Assembly: GCA_033764015.1 (NCBI GenBank)
Contig: JANRJK010000023.1
Coordinates: forward strand, 64,001-128,000
Direction of reading: 5' to 3'
DNA from: Candidatus Sumerlaeia bacterium
GTDB taxonomy: Bacteria; Sumerlaeota; Sumerlaeia; SLMS01; JANRJK01
Length of the DNA stretch: 64,000 nucleotides
Shown here: positions 1 through 10,042 of the stretch, in pieces
Layout of the letters: every line of letters starts with the position of its first letter
Numbering within the stretch: the first letter of the stretch is position 1
Notes under the pieces: model-generated
Told to the model about the DNA's origin: nothing
The model's input: the letters and a program-made list of their open reading frames with translations, nothing else
Database searches by the model: none
Position numbers and translations under genes: made by a program

Positions 1-1437
1 CTCCGCGATGACCGCGCGGTCGCGCTGGGCCTCCGCGAGCTGCCGCTCGGTGTCGAGGCGCACGATGAACCAGCCGCCGCCGCCGAGGATGAGCGCCATC
101 AGCACCACCGTCGCCAGCCGCAGGGCGGCGCGCTCGCGTTCGCGCCGGCGGAGCGAGTGCGTGGCCGTCCCGAGTTCGCGGCCGAGCGTGGCGCGCAGCG
201 TGCCCGGGCCGAGCTGCTCGATGGTGACGCTGGCCAGCAGCAGGTCGCCGCCGGCGAGCGCGCGGCGCGCCTGCGCTTCGAGGAGCCGTTCGCGGAGCGC
301 CGCGGCGCCGGGGTTCTCGGGCCAAAGGAGCCGCGCCCGCGCGACCTCGTTCAGCAGCTCCGTCAAGGCGACGTAGTCCCGCGGCGGGGGATCGGCGCGT
401 CTGGCGACCGCGTCGATGATGCGCGCGGCCTCGCGGCGCCTCGAGGATCCGGTCTGGTACTCCTGGATCGAGGCGAGGAACGCCTCGGCGTCGGGAACGC
501 GTCGCGCGGGCTCCGGCTCCAGCGCGCGCATCGCCAGCGACTCCAGCTCCGCGGGGATCGCGCGGCCGGGCGTGCGCTCCGACGGCGGCGTCACGTCGCC
601 GGCCTGGGCCCTCTTAAACGCCAGGTACGCGGTGGGCGCCTCGTGGGGCGCCTTGCCGCCGGTCAGGATCCAATAAAGGATTCCGCCGAGCAGGTACACA
701 TCGGTCCAGGTGCCGATCAGGTGCGCGTGCTCGAGGGTTTGCTCCGGCGCCATGAAGGCCGGCGTCCCGGCGGGCGAGGACGCCTCCGTCAGCCGCGGCG
801 CGAGCCCCGAGGCGGGGGGCGAGGAGGCCAGCTCCTCCCCTTCGGCCCCGAGCGACATCGCCAGGCCCCAGTCCATCAGGAGCACCTCGCCGAAGCGCCC
901 AAGCATCACCTGTCCCGGCTTCAGGTCGCGGTGGATGACGCGGCGGTCGTGGGCGAAAGCCACCGCCTGGGCCACCTGGGCGAGGATCGGCAGGTGCTTG
1001 GCGAGCAGCTCCGCGGGCGGCAGCGCGGCGAAGTCCTCCGCGAGCACCCGGTCCCACGGCGCGCCCTGGACCAGCTTCATGACCAGCATGGGGCGCCCGC
1101 GTTCGTCGGTGCCGAGGTCGTACACCGGGACGATGTTCGGGTGCTCGAGAGCGGCGGTCGTGTACGCTTCCTTGCGGAAGATATCCTCGACCACCTCGGC
1201 GGACCGCTTGCCGTCCGGGTTGTCGTGGAGCCGCTTCAGCGCGACGCGGCGCTGTAGCGAGACCTGGAGCGCCTCCCAGACTTCGCCGCCGCCTCCGGCG
1301 CCGATCACATGCCGGGGGTGGTAGGGGGCGCCCGGCTCCGGCTGCGGCGCCTCGCGCTGCCCGGCGCGCGGAGCGGGCGCGGCGCCCGCCCGCGTCACCG
1401 CCGCAGGATCGAGAACGGTTTCGAAAACCTCCGCCAT
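1..1437 (-). CDS. Hanks-type Ser/Thr protein kinase with C-terminal transmembrane helix (runs off the window edge)
   Basis: Not in the ORF track (no stop inside the window). Manual translation from ATG 1437 gives MAEVFETVLD...IGAGGGGEVW..VALKRL..LEHPNIVPVYD..VIHRDLKPGQVML..DWGLA..GTPAFMAPEQ..TDVYLLG, then a hydrophobic helix (VVLMALILGGGGWFIV) near 60-115. Start codon uncertain. Confidence 0.9.
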   Translation of the reverse strand, partial: MAEVFETVLDPAAVTRAGAAPAPRAGQREAPQPEPGAPYHPRHVIGAGGGGEVWEALQVSLQRRVALKRLHDNPDGKRSAEVVEDIFRKEAYTTAALEHPNIVPVYDLGTDERGRPMLVMKLVQGAPWDRVLAEDFAALPPAELLAKHLPILAQVAQAVAFAHDRRVIHRDLKPGQVMLGRFGEVLLMDWGLAMSLGAEGEELASSPPASGLAPRLTEASSPAGTPAFMAPEQTLEHAHLIGTWTDVYLLGGILYWILTGGKAPHEAPTAYLAFKRAQAGDVTPPSERTPGRAIPAELESLAMRALEPEPARRVPDAEAFLASIQEYQTGSSRRREAARIIDAVARRADPPPRDYVALTELLNEVARARLLWPENPGAAALRERLLEAQARRALAGGDLLLASVTIEQLGPGTLRATLGRELGTATHSLRRRERERAALRLATVVLMALILGGGGWFIVRLDTERQLAEAQRDRAVIAE

Positions 1438-1818
1438 CGGACGGCGCGGCCCGCTGCGCGCGTCGAAGCTGATCCCCGGATCGCCGGGCAGCGCCTCGGG
1501 TTGGAACGCCACGGTGGGATCGACGGGTTGACTCAAGGGTCGACCTGGACGGGATCGGGTGGACGGCGGCGAGTGGCGAAGTCGGCCGGGTGGTCCGCCC
1601 TCCTTCGCTCTCCGCCACTTGCAAAATGCCCGGGCCGCCGCGCGGGCACAAGGACGGTCCGCGCGGCTGGCACGCAGTGACGGGTGGCGGGGGCCGCGCG
1701 GGCGGGCGAGTGCGGCGGGGTGCCGCAGCGTCACCCGCCTCTTGAACCGGTACCGCAGATGCACAACGTCGAGACCGTCCAGGCGATCGGCGATGGTCCC
1801 AAGCAGCCCAATAGTCTG

Positions 1819-4686
1819 CTACACCGTGATGCAATCCTCCGTGATGAACGGCTTGGGGTCCTGCACGCAGGGCGGGAGGCCGGGGCCGGTGACTTCTAGG
1901 AGCTGCGCCTCGCGGTCGGCCACCTCGTGATTCAGCTTCAGGAGGAACGCGAGGATGTCCTCCGACTTCTTCATGCCGTAGGCCGCGCGGACGGCGGCGT
2001 CGAGCGCCTCCTGCGCGTCGCGAAGGGGATTCGCCCCCGGCGTTTCCAGCGTGCGGTACAGGTCGCGCAGACTCCAGCCGTGCTCCGCCATCACGTCGCG
2101 CCGCAGTTGGCGCAACTCCACCGCCGCCTTCGCCACCGCCTGCGCCTGCTTCAAAGTGGGGGATTGGGGCCAGGGGAAGGTGTTCCAGATGATCTCCCCG
2201 AATCTGTAGTCGCCTTTCAGTTTGGAGGACTTGCCTTTGAACCATAGCCAATGCACCCCCGATTGCAGAATACCGAAGCTATAGTCATCGTCCAGCGTGA
2301 ACACCTGAAGCAGATTACTCGGTCGGATTTTCGAATCAACCAGATGAAAGACCTGCCGCTTCGTGACCAGCGAGCAGCAAATGAACCGCGAGAGAGACTC
2401 GACTTGTCCGATTAGTTCTGGCCGACAAAACGAGAGTTGCCACCAACGGTTGAGAAACGCCTTATGGTGTGGGCGGAGATTGCCTTCGGCATCCTTCCCT
2501 TCTTCTGCCTTTCGCTTGCGATCCGGCAGTACTCTGGTTTTCACCCACTCAAACGCCCCGGCATAGCGCGCAGCCTCAAACTGATCGCGTTGTTGAAAGT
2601 CGATCAGGTAACGCTCCGGTCTTCCATGCTCAAGTAGCTCACGCCCGTTGAGATACGGATAGATGACCTCTCGTGAGGCCGAGTCTTTCGAGACGATGGC
2701 GCTCATTTCCTCACGGCTGAGGACGAACGATTCATGGCCAATCATTTGGCCATTGAAAGAGCGGGCAGGCTCCAGATTGCAGAGGAGTTCCTTCGCAACC
2801 GAGATGAATACCTTGTCCGTCAAATCGGGATTGATATGGTCCACCTCGTTCACAACCAGATCCGCACCCCTCCCGGGATCGCTCGATATCCAGAGGCGCC
2901 TTGTCGCCGGCACCAAATTGGGGTCTTGGGTTTTCATCCAATTCACAATCGAGACATAGACCTTCGCCTCGCCGGACCACTTCTGGCTGTCGATGGCTTC
3001 AATGATCGTTCCGCTTTGGCAAATATGCTCCAATCCCCCCTTTCGCGACTCGTTGTTGCGAACATTCTGGGTTCCTACCAGACCTGCCCTACCGGAGGTT
3101 GGAGCTTTGACCGTGCATGAACCCAGCGCCTCGTTTGCTTTGCGAAACCAGTAAACGCAGTAGTCGGCCATTCCTGGGATGTGGGTATACTGGCGACGCA
3201 GCCTCTCGACGTAGTCTCTGCCTCGTTCCGGCTTCATGCGTTTCGCCCCGAGAAACGGCGGATTCCCAATAATCGCATCCACCTTGGGCCACGTGGTGAA
3301 CAGCGCATCGGCCTGCACGATGTTGTCATCAAGGTTGTCTAGCGGCAGGGCGGGTTCCTGCTCCAGCGGGAGGTCGAGCTGGCCGCTGGCGAGGGCGCTG
3401 CGGGTTTCCTCGATGCCCTGCTCGCGCCCGAGCATCAGCGTCACCTTCGCGAGTTCCACCGCGAAGCCGTTGATGTCGATGCCATGGAACTGCTTGAGGC
3501 TGAGGAGGGGCCGCGTGCCCGCCTGAGCGCGCGCCTTCTTGCCGAACTCCGTGTGGATGCGTTGGAGGATGCGCATTTCGAGGCGGCGCATTTCGCGGTA
3601 AGCCACGTAGAGGAAGTTGCCGCACCCGCAGGCCGGGTCGAGCACCTGAAACCGAAGCAGTTCGTCGCGGAGCGCCTGCAATTCCTTCAGCGTCTTCGCC
3701 GCCTCGATTCGCTCCAGCCACGGGCGCTCGATGGTCGGGCGCACCACCTTCATGATGTCCGCTTCGTTGGTGAAGTGGGCGCCAAAGGCGTGGCGCTCTT
3801 CCTTCCCCAAGCTCCCCTCGAAGAGCGCGCCGAAGATCGGCGGCTGCACCTTGGACCAATTCTCCCGCGCCGACTCCTCCAGCAGGGCGACTTCCTCCCG
3901 AACGAGTTCGATGGGGTCGATCACGCCGAAGAGCCCGCCGTTGAAGTAATCGACCTCCTTGAACCGCCCGCGCTTCTCGCCGGGGCGGGTGTCCATCTGT
4001 TTGAAAAGCTGGCCGAACAGATCGTAGGTGTTCGACCCCTTGGCGGCCTCGCCGATCAGGCTCGTGAACAGCCCCCGCGGCAGCAGTTCGAAGTCCTCGG
4101 CAAAGAGGCAGAAGACGCATTGCAGGATGAACCGCTGGGCGCGGGTCCGGTCGATGCCGCGGGTGATGAGCGAGTTGAAGAGCAGGGCAATCTGGTTCGC
4201 GGCCTTGCGGGACACGGCCACGCGGTCGTTGCCGAACTGTGGACGGGTCTCTTGCGCCAGCAGGAAAGCGAGGGAAAGATACCGCTCCGGCAGGTCCGCC
4301 ACCGCGACTTGATCGACGGGATCGCTCTGGCTGAAGAAGTCGTAAACCCAGAACTCGTCAAAGTTGCAGAGGACGACGTAGCGCGGCTTGGGGTAGGTAT
4401 CGTGCCAGTAGTCGCGGGCTTGCGCATAGTGGAGGTGGAGGCTCTCGCCCCGCTTCTTCATCTCGATCAGGACGCGCGGCGACCAGAGCAGGTCGGCAAA
4501 CCGGGTGCCCTTCCCCTTGGCGCGGACGCGGGACTCCAGCGTGGCGCCGGCCTCCTTGTAACCCTCATGGCCGAACGCCTGGAAGAGGCGGTCGAGGAAG
4601 ACCTGTGCCTCCCCCTTCTCGTCTCCGCTGAGCGTGGCCACATACTGGACGAACTTGCTCAGGGCTTCGCGGCGGTTGTCAGCCAT
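1819..4686 (-). CDS. MmeI/YeeA-like single-chain Type IIG/IIL restriction-modification enzyme (PD-(D/E)XK nuclease + N6-adenine MTase + TRD)
   Basis: N-terminal EKGEAQVFL and ADLLW..VLIEMKKRG nuclease motif; GAHFT; motif I VLDPACGCGNFL; motif IV IIGNPPF; C-terminal FPWP and LDAAVRAAYG. Start set at MADNRREAL (ATG 4686). Confidence 0.9.
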   Translation of the reverse strand: MADNRREALSKFVQYVATLSGDEKGEAQVFLDRLFQAFGHEGYKEAGATLESRVRAKGKGTRFADLLWSPRVLIEMKKRGESLHLHYAQARDYWHDTYPKPRYVVLCNFDEFWVYDFFSQSDPVDQVAVADLPERYLSLAFLLAQETRPQFGNDRVAVSRKAANQIALLFNSLITRGIDRTRAQRFILQCVFCLFAEDFELLPRGLFTSLIGEAAKGSNTYDLFGQLFKQMDTRPGEKRGRFKEVDYFNGGLFGVIDPIELVREEVALLEESARENWSKVQPPIFGALFEGSLGKEERHAFGAHFTNEADIMKVVRPTIERPWLERIEAAKTLKELQALRDELLRFQVLDPACGCGNFLYVAYREMRRLEMRILQRIHTEFGKKARAQAGTRPLLSLKQFHGIDINGFAVELAKVTLMLGREQGIEETRSALASGQLDLPLEQEPALPLDNLDDNIVQADALFTTWPKVDAIIGNPPFLGAKRMKPERGRDYVERLRRQYTHIPGMADYCVYWFRKANEALGSCTVKAPTSGRAGLVGTQNVRNNESRKGGLEHICQSGTIIEAIDSQKWSGEAKVYVSIVNWMKTQDPNLVPATRRLWISSDPGRGADLVVNEVDHINPDLTDKVFISVAKELLCNLEPARSFNGQMIGHESFVLSREEMSAIVSKDSASREVIYPYLNGRELLEHGRPERYLIDFQQRDQFEAARYAGAFEWVKTRVLPDRKRKAEEGKDAEGNLRPHHKAFLNRWWQLSFCRPELIGQVESLSRFICCSLVTKRQVFHLVDSKIRPSNLLQVFTLDDDYSFGILQSGVHWLWFKGKSSKLKGDYRFGEIIWNTFPWPQSPTLKQAQAVAKAAVELRQLRRDVMAEHGWSLRDLYRTLETPGANPLRDAQEALDAAVRAAYGMKKSEDILAFLLKLNHEVADREAQLLEVTGPGLPPCVQDPKPFITEDCITV

Positions 4687-4764
4687 GGGTCTCGGTCTCG
4701 GGTCCGGTTCGCTGTGTGGATCGGAAGCACGGCACACGTATCGGTCCACGAGGGCAATCCCACA

Positions 4765-4798
4765 CCTACGCCGCCCCGATCGCCCTTGCCACCGACGC
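4765..4798 (-). repeat. Orphan diverged copy of the aroB 3' end (direct repeat of 6755-6788)
   Basis: cctacgccgccccgatc is identical at 4765-4781 and 6755-6771; 27/33 identity over the last 11 codons including the TAG stop. Confidence 0.7.
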
Positions 4799-4849
4799 CA
4801 AGGCCCAGGTCTTGCTGGCGTGCGCTAACTCCCCAAACAGGCCCCTTCC

Positions 4850-6664
4850 ATGAAGAACGTCGTCCCATTCATTTGCCGCGCCGTGTGCGTGGCTGCACTC
4901 GCCGCAGTGGCCTCCACAGCTCCCGCTGCGGACCTGTCCGGCCCGCTGTTGTTCGACCAGGGCAACCCAGCCATTTCAACCGGATCAGAGGTCGCGTGGC
5001 GCTTGGACGGCTTCTCGATGTCCGATGATTTCGCCTTTGGCCAGGAATCGACGATTTCGGCGCTGCGCTTCTGGGCTGTTGAAGGCGCCGGCGCATGGGA
5101 CGGCACCGGAGAGATCACCGTCTGGGCGAATGACGGAACGCTGCCGACAGCCGAAGTCGCCACGCGCCAGATCGCGAATGTGGACCGCATTGGCATTGGT
5201 CCATGGCCCCTTGACGATAACTTCGACTTCTACACATGGGAGGTCGACCTCGCATCCCCGCTGACTCTCCCCGCGGGCATCTACAGTCTGGAGATCGACC
5301 TAGGCATCGGATGCGACCTCCCGGCGCTCTTCTGGGTGACCTCAAATGGACCGGTCTACGGCAACGGGCGCACTTTGGCTGCCAGTTGCGGGGTGCCGAC
5401 CAACCTCAGAAGTGAGCAGCTCGCCTTCCAGCTCTTTGGCGAGCCCACCGGCGGCGGGGCCGACGACGGCGGCTCGGTCTTCATCGATTCGCAGTTCTCG
5501 CAGGATGCGATCTTGTACGAGGGCGCGACGCCGGGCGTCGGTTCCACGGTCCTGATCGCCGGGCGCCGCACGCAAGTCGGTGACAATGTCAACAATCGCG
5601 CCGAGCGCGGCCTGCTCGGCTTCGCCACCGCGATCCCCGGCGCGGCGGCCCGTACGGCGCAGCTCCGCCTGACCGTCGACGGCAAGACCGGCAATGTCTC
5701 CGGCCTCGGCGATCTCGAGATCTACTACGCCGATCCGTTCTACGGCACGACGGCGGGTTGGCAGGCCTCCGACTTCCAGGCCGCGCCGACCAGCGGCACG
5801 CCCGTCGCAACCATCCCGAACTCCGCGCTTGTCGATGCGGCCGTTGGCGACGCCCTCTGGGTCTCAATCGACCCGACGCTGGTGCCGCTCAGCGGCAACG
5901 TGCAGTTCCGGCTGCAGTTCGCGAACGGCACCGACGGCAACGCCACCGCGGACAACATCAAGTTCGGCGCCGGCGGCCAGTCCTCGTCGAACCGGCACGA
6001 GCGCTCCGACCTCGTCGTCGAGTTCGACCTCGCGACGACGAACGGCTGCGGCACGAACCCGTCGACCGGCGGCGCGCCGCTGGTGCTCGATCCGCTCTAC
6101 TCGCTGCCCGGCCCGGACGGCTCGGTGATCGAGTACACGGCGAACGCCGGCGTGGGCCTCCTCACCGACAACGCCAACGCGGTCGCGGAGTTCGGCGACT
6201 TGCCCAGCAACCAGCAAGTCAAGGCGCTGCTCGCCTTCGACACCTCGGTGCTGACGAGCTACGGCACGCCGCAAGTGACCAGCGCGTCGCTCTGCCTCAC
6301 GCGCGAGTCGTTCGCGGGCGACCCGAGCACGCTCGGCCGCGTGTACGTTGAGATGGTCTGCCCGAACCAAGCGGCGTTCTTCGGTCCCAGCGCGGGCCTC
6401 GATCGCGAGGACTTCGAAGCCTACGCGTGGATCACCGACGCGACGGCGGAGGAGCCCGTGCTGCCGAGGGCGAACGGCGACACGGTCTGCTGGCCGCTTT
6501 CGCCCGAGGCGCTCGCCGCGCTTAATCGCCTCAGGCCCACGCAGTTCCGCCTCAGCTTCGAGAACGCGGATTCCGACAACGCCACGAAGGACACGTTCCG
6601 GTTCTACACCGGCAACGTCTCCGGTGCGAACCGCGCGCGCCTCGACATCGAAATCGCGCAGTAA
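4850..6664 (+). CDS. Secreted protein with an N-terminal beta-rich domain and two tandem DNRLRE-like domains
   Basis: Signal peptide (MKNVVPFICRAVCVAALAAVASTAPA); two internally similar ~190-aa units (VGDNVNNRAERGLLGFAT..AQLRLT..DFQA..QFRLQF..F / FGDLPSNQQVKALLAFDTS..ASLCLT..DFEA..QFRLSF..F). Family assignment is by motif recall. Confidence 0.7.
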   Translation: MKNVVPFICRAVCVAALAAVASTAPAADLSGPLLFDQGNPAISTGSEVAWRLDGFSMSDDFAFGQESTISALRFWAVEGAGAWDGTGEITVWANDGTLPTAEVATRQIANVDRIGIGPWPLDDNFDFYTWEVDLASPLTLPAGIYSLEIDLGIGCDLPALFWVTSNGPVYGNGRTLAASCGVPTNLRSEQLAFQLFGEPTGGGADDGGSVFIDSQFSQDAILYEGATPGVGSTVLIAGRRTQVGDNVNNRAERGLLGFATAIPGAAARTAQLRLTVDGKTGNVSGLGDLEIYYADPFYGTTAGWQASDFQAAPTSGTPVATIPNSALVDAAVGDALWVSIDPTLVPLSGNVQFRLQFANGTDGNATADNIKFGAGGQSSSNRHERSDLVVEFDLATTNGCGTNPSTGGAPLVLDPLYSLPGPDGSVIEYTANAGVGLLTDNANAVAEFGDLPSNQQVKALLAFDTSVLTSYGTPQVTSASLCLTRESFAGDPSTLGRVYVEMVCPNQAAFFGPSAGLDREDFEAYAWITDATAEEPVLPRANGDTVCWPLSPEALAALNRLRPTQFRLSFENADSDNATKDTFRFYTGNVSGANRARLDIEIAQ

Positions 6665-6689
6665 GCGCAGAACCCTTCGCGCCAAACAG

Positions 6690-6731
6690 AACCGCGCCGG
6701 GAGCTCTTGGGCTCCCGGCGCGGTTTCGTTT
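6690..6731. terminator. Probable bidirectional intrinsic terminator between convergent genes
   Basis: 15-bp stem aaccgcgccgggagc / gctcccggcgcggtt followed by tcgttt. Confidence 0.7.
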
Positions 6732-6755
6732 CCGATGGGCGCGTCGGCCGTCCGC

Positions 6756-7865
6756 CTACGCCGCCCCGATCTCCCGCAGCACCGCCGCCGCGGTGTCGTC
6801 GGGGACGGCGTGGCCGAAGCCGCAGCGCCCCATCGCTTCCGGGAGCGAGTAGCGGATCGAGCCGGCGCGGGCCTTCTTGTCGGCGCGGGCGGCTTGGATG
6901 ATGTCGTCCGCGCGCCAGCCCGCCGCGCCGAGCGTCGCGGGGAGGCCGAGCGCCGTGAGCAGCAGCTCGAGGCGGTCCTGGTCCGAGGGCGTCCATCCGA
7001 GGCCGAGCTTGAGCGCCATGCGGCCTTCCGCGGCCATGCCGATGGCGACCGCTTCGCCGTGCCGGAAGCGCCCGTACTGGCCGAGCGCCTCGACCGCGTG
7101 GCCGATGGTGTGTCCGAAGTTGAGGATTTCGCGGCGGCCCGCCTCGCGCTCGTCGCCGGCGACCACCTCCGCCTTCAGCTCGCAGCTCCGCCGGATCGCG
7201 CGGGCCAGCGCGCCGTCCTCGCCGGAGAGCAGCGCGGGGCCGCTCGACTCGAGCCAGCGGAAGAACTCCGCGTCGGCGATGACGCCGTACTTCACCACCT
7301 CGGCGAGACCCGAGCGCACCTCGCGGGCGGGGAGCGTGCGCAGCGCTCGCGGGTCGATCAGCACCGCGCGCGGCTGCCAGAACGCGCCGACGAGGTTCTT
7401 GCCCGACTCGTGGTTGATGCCGGTCTTGCCGCCGACGCTCGAGTCGACCATGGCGAGGAGCGTGGTGGGGATCTGCAGGTAGTCGATGCCGCGGTGCCAG
7501 GTGGCGGCGGCGAAGCCCGCGAGGTCGCCCACCACGCCGCCACCGAGGGCGAGCAGCACGCCGTCGCGGCCGATGCGCTCCGCCGCGAGCGCGTCCCACA
7601 CGCGCTTCAGATGGTGCGGCGACTTGGTGGGTTCGCCCTGCGGCACGGCGCAGACCGCCAGGTGCGCGACGTCCTCCGCAACTTCGCGGTAGAGGATCCG
7701 CCCCCAAGGGGCGGCGACCGCCTCGTCCTGCACGATGAGCGCGCGCCGTCCGCGGAGGTGCGGGCGGAGCACGGCGCCGGCGGCCTCGAGCAGCCCCTCG
7801 CCGATGTGGATCGGGTAGGAGCGCTCGCCGAGCGCGACCTCGACCGGCGCGGCGGGGGATTCCAC
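6756..7865 (-). CDS. aroB: 3-dehydroquinate synthase
   Basis: LGGGVVGDLAGF, PTTLLAMVDSSVGGKTGIN, KNLVGAF, LNFGHTIGHA and HGEAVAIG motifs. Confidence 0.97.
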   Translation of the reverse strand: MESPAAPVEVALGERSYPIHIGEGLLEAAGAVLRPHLRGRRALIVQDEAVAAPWGRILYREVAEDVAHLAVCAVPQGEPTKSPHHLKRVWDALAAERIGRDGVLLALGGGVVGDLAGFAAATWHRGIDYLQIPTTLLAMVDSSVGGKTGINHESGKNLVGAFWQPRAVLIDPRALRTLPAREVRSGLAEVVKYGVIADAEFFRWLESSGPALLSGEDGALARAIRRSCELKAEVVAGDEREAGRREILNFGHTIGHAVEALGQYGRFRHGEAVAIGMAAEGRMALKLGLGWTPSDQDRLELLLTALGLPATLGAAGWRADDIIQAARADKKARAGSIRYSLPEAMGRCGFGHAVPDDTAAAVLREIGAA

Positions 7866-7875
7866 GGGGCGCGCC

Positions 7876-9729
7876 TCAGCCCGCCGGCGGGGCCGCGGCC
7901 TGCTGCAGCTTCTTGTCCTCCGGCACGGCCACCTTCACGCCGACCGCGCGGAGCGCCTTCTCGTCCACCGTCGACGGCGCGTCGGTCAGCGGGCACCAGC
8001 CCGACTGCGTCTTGGGGAACGCGATGACGTCGCGGATCGAGTCCGTCCCGGTGAGCAGCATCACCAGTCGGTCGACGCCGAAGGCGATGCCGCCGTGCGG
8101 GGGCGGGCCGTACTGGAGCGCTTCCAGGAGGAAGCCGAACTTGCCTTCCGCCTGCTCGCGCGACAGGCCGATGAGCGAGAACACCTTGCTCTGCATCTCC
8201 TCGCGGTGGATGCGGATCGAGCCGCTGGCCACCTCGGCGCCGTTGATCACCATGTCGTAGGCCACCGCGCGCACCGCGCCGGGGTCCGTGTCCATCAGGT
8301 GGCGGTCCTCCGGGTGCGGCGACGTGAACGGGTGGTGCATCGCGTCCCAGCGCTCGTCCTCCGCGTTCCATTCCAGCAGCGGGAAGTCGATCACGTAGAA
8401 GATCGACCACTTGGACTTGTCGATGAGGTCGAAGCGGTTGGCGATGAGGAGGCGTAGCGAGCCGGCCATGGCGAGCGCCTTGGCGCGCTTCGGGTCGGCG
8501 ATCATGAAGATCATGTCGCCGGCCTTGGCGCCCGAGCGGGCCACGATGTCGCGGCGCGCCTCCTCGGGGAAGAACTTCGCGATCGTCGAATCGACGTCGC
8601 CGTCCTCGCGCACGCGCATCCAGGCGAGGCCCTTCGCGCCGGTCTCGCGTTGCACCAGCATCTGGAACTCGCCGCCGGGCTTCACCTCGGTGTTCGAGTA
8701 CTTCTCGCTGCCGCCTTCGTGGACGATGGCGACGATCGCGCCGCCGGCGTCGACGATCTCCTGGAAGACCTTGAATTCGGTCCGTCCGCGCACCGCGTCG
8801 GTGACGTCCTTCAGCTCCATTGCGAAGCGCATGTCCGGCTTGTCGGAGCCGAAGCGCTCCATCACCTCGCGGTACGTGAGGCGCGGCACGGGCAGCGGCA
8901 CCTGGTAGCCGATCGTGTCGCGGTAGATCGCCTCGATCAGCAGCTCCATCTCCGCGAGCACGTCGTCCTGCGTGACGAAGCTCAGCTCCATGTCGATCTG
9001 GGTGAACTCCGGCTGGCGGTTCGAGCGGAAGTCCTCGTCGCGGTAGCAGCGCGCGATCTGGAAGTAGCGGTCGAAACCCGAGACCATGAGGAGCTGCTTG
9101 AAGAGCTGCGGGCTCTGGGGGAGCGCGTAGAAGCTGCCCGGCTGCAGGCGCGAGGGGACGAGGAAGTCGCGGGCGCCCTCCGGCGTGCTCTTCGTCAGCG
9201 TCGGCGTCTCGAACTCCATGAAGCCGCGGTTCGACAGGTGGCGGCGCACCGCCTGGTAGAAGTTGTGGCGCAGCGTGAAGATGCGCTGCATCTCGGGGCG
9301 GCGCAGGTCGAGGTAGCGGTGCTTCAGGCGCTGCTCCTCGTTGGCGTGCCCGTGCTCGTCCACGCGGAACGGGAGCGGCTTCGACTTCGACAGGATGAAG
9401 AGCCCGCGCACGGCGAGTTCCGTGGCGCCCGTCGCGAGCCGGTCGTTCGCCATGCCCTCGGGGCGGGGCTCGACCTCGCCCTGGACCGCGATGACGAACT
9501 CGTCGCGGATGTGGTACGCCTCGCGGGCGTCCGCCTCGGGCCAGCCCTTGGGGTTGATGCGGACCTGCATGACGCCGGCGCGGTCGCGGAGGTCGATGAA
9601 GAGCACGCCGCCGTGGTCGCGGATGCTCTGCACCCAGCCCTTGAGCGTGATGGTCCGGCCGACGTGCGCGGGGCGCACCTCGCCGCAGCGGCAGGTGCGT
9701 GGGGCGAATTCGAGTTGCGGGTCGATCAT
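7876..9729 (-). CDS. aspS: Aspartate--tRNA ligase
   Basis: [51 protein letters not shown] and [12 protein letters not shown]; start set at MIDPQLEF. Confidence 0.97.
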   Translation of the reverse strand: MIDPQLEFAPRTCRCGEVRPAHVGRTITLKGWVQSIRDHGGVLFIDLRDRAGVMQVRINPKGWPEADAREAYHIRDEFVIAVQGEVEPRPEGMANDRLATGATELAVRGLFILSKSKPLPFRVDEHGHANEEQRLKHRYLDLRRPEMQRIFTLRHNFYQAVRRHLSNRGFMEFETPTLTKSTPEGARDFLVPSRLQPGSFYALPQSPQLFKQLLMVSGFDRYFQIARCYRDEDFRSNRQPEFTQIDMELSFVTQDDVLAEMELLIEAIYRDTIGYQVPLPVPRLTYREVMERFGSDKPDMRFAMELKDVTDAVRGRTEFKVFQEIVDAGGAIVAIVHEGGSEKYSNTEVKPGGEFQMLVQRETGAKGLAWMRVREDGDVDSTIAKFFPEEARRDIVARSGAKAGDMIFMIADPKRAKALAMAGSLRLLIANRFDLIDKSKWSIFYVIDFPLLEWNAEDERWDAMHHPFTSPHPEDRHLMDTDPGAVRAVAYDMVINGAEVASGSIRIHREEMQSKVFSLIGLSREQAEGKFGFLLEALQYGPPPHGGIAFGVDRLVMLLTGTDSIRDVIAFPKTQSGWCPLTDAPSTVDEKALRAVGVKVAVPEDKKLQQAAAPPAG

Positions 9730-9906
9730 GGCGGGAGGCGCTTCCTTGGGCCCGGCGGGCGGATGCGTGGGGCCGCGCGGGGACCGATATGGTGCGCTTC
9801 CGCCCGCGCCGGGTGGCAAGGGCGGAAGCGCACGGGCGCCGCGCGCGGACCTCCGAATTCCGTTGACGCGCCCCCGGCGCCCCGGCGTTCAATCGCGGCT
9901 TGCCTG

Positions 9907-9983
9907 CGGGGTGTAGCGCAGATGGCTAGCGCGCCTGCTTCGGGAGCAGGAGGTCGCCGGTTCGAGCCCGGCCACCCCGACCA
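9907..9983 (+). tRNA. tRNA-Pro (anticodon CGG)
   Basis: CGGGGTG acceptor stem, D arm, anticodon arm CCTGC-TTCGGGA-GCAGG, T loop GGTTCGAGCC and encoded CCA end. Confidence 0.97.
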
Positions 9984-10014
9984 TCACTTTCCCGACCCTT
10001 ACAACGGGCGCCCC
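9982..10014 (+). repeat. Direct repeat copy 1 (tRNA 3' trailer plus first arm of the terminator)
   Basis: catcactttcccgacccttacaacgggcgcccc; 32/33 identical to 10623-10655. Confidence 0.9.
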
Positions 10015-10042
10015 GGACTTCGGTCCGGGGCGCTCTCGTTTT
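10003..10042 (+). terminator. Intrinsic terminator of tRNA-Pro
   Basis: gcgccccggac-TTCG-gtccggggcgc stem-loop followed by tctcgtttt. Confidence 0.8.

Noticed and set aside
1438..1818. 380-bp intergenic region between the kinase and the R-M gene examined for ncRNA, small ORFs or another gene-end remnant
   Set aside because: No convincing ORF, stable distinctive fold or repeat was found by eye.
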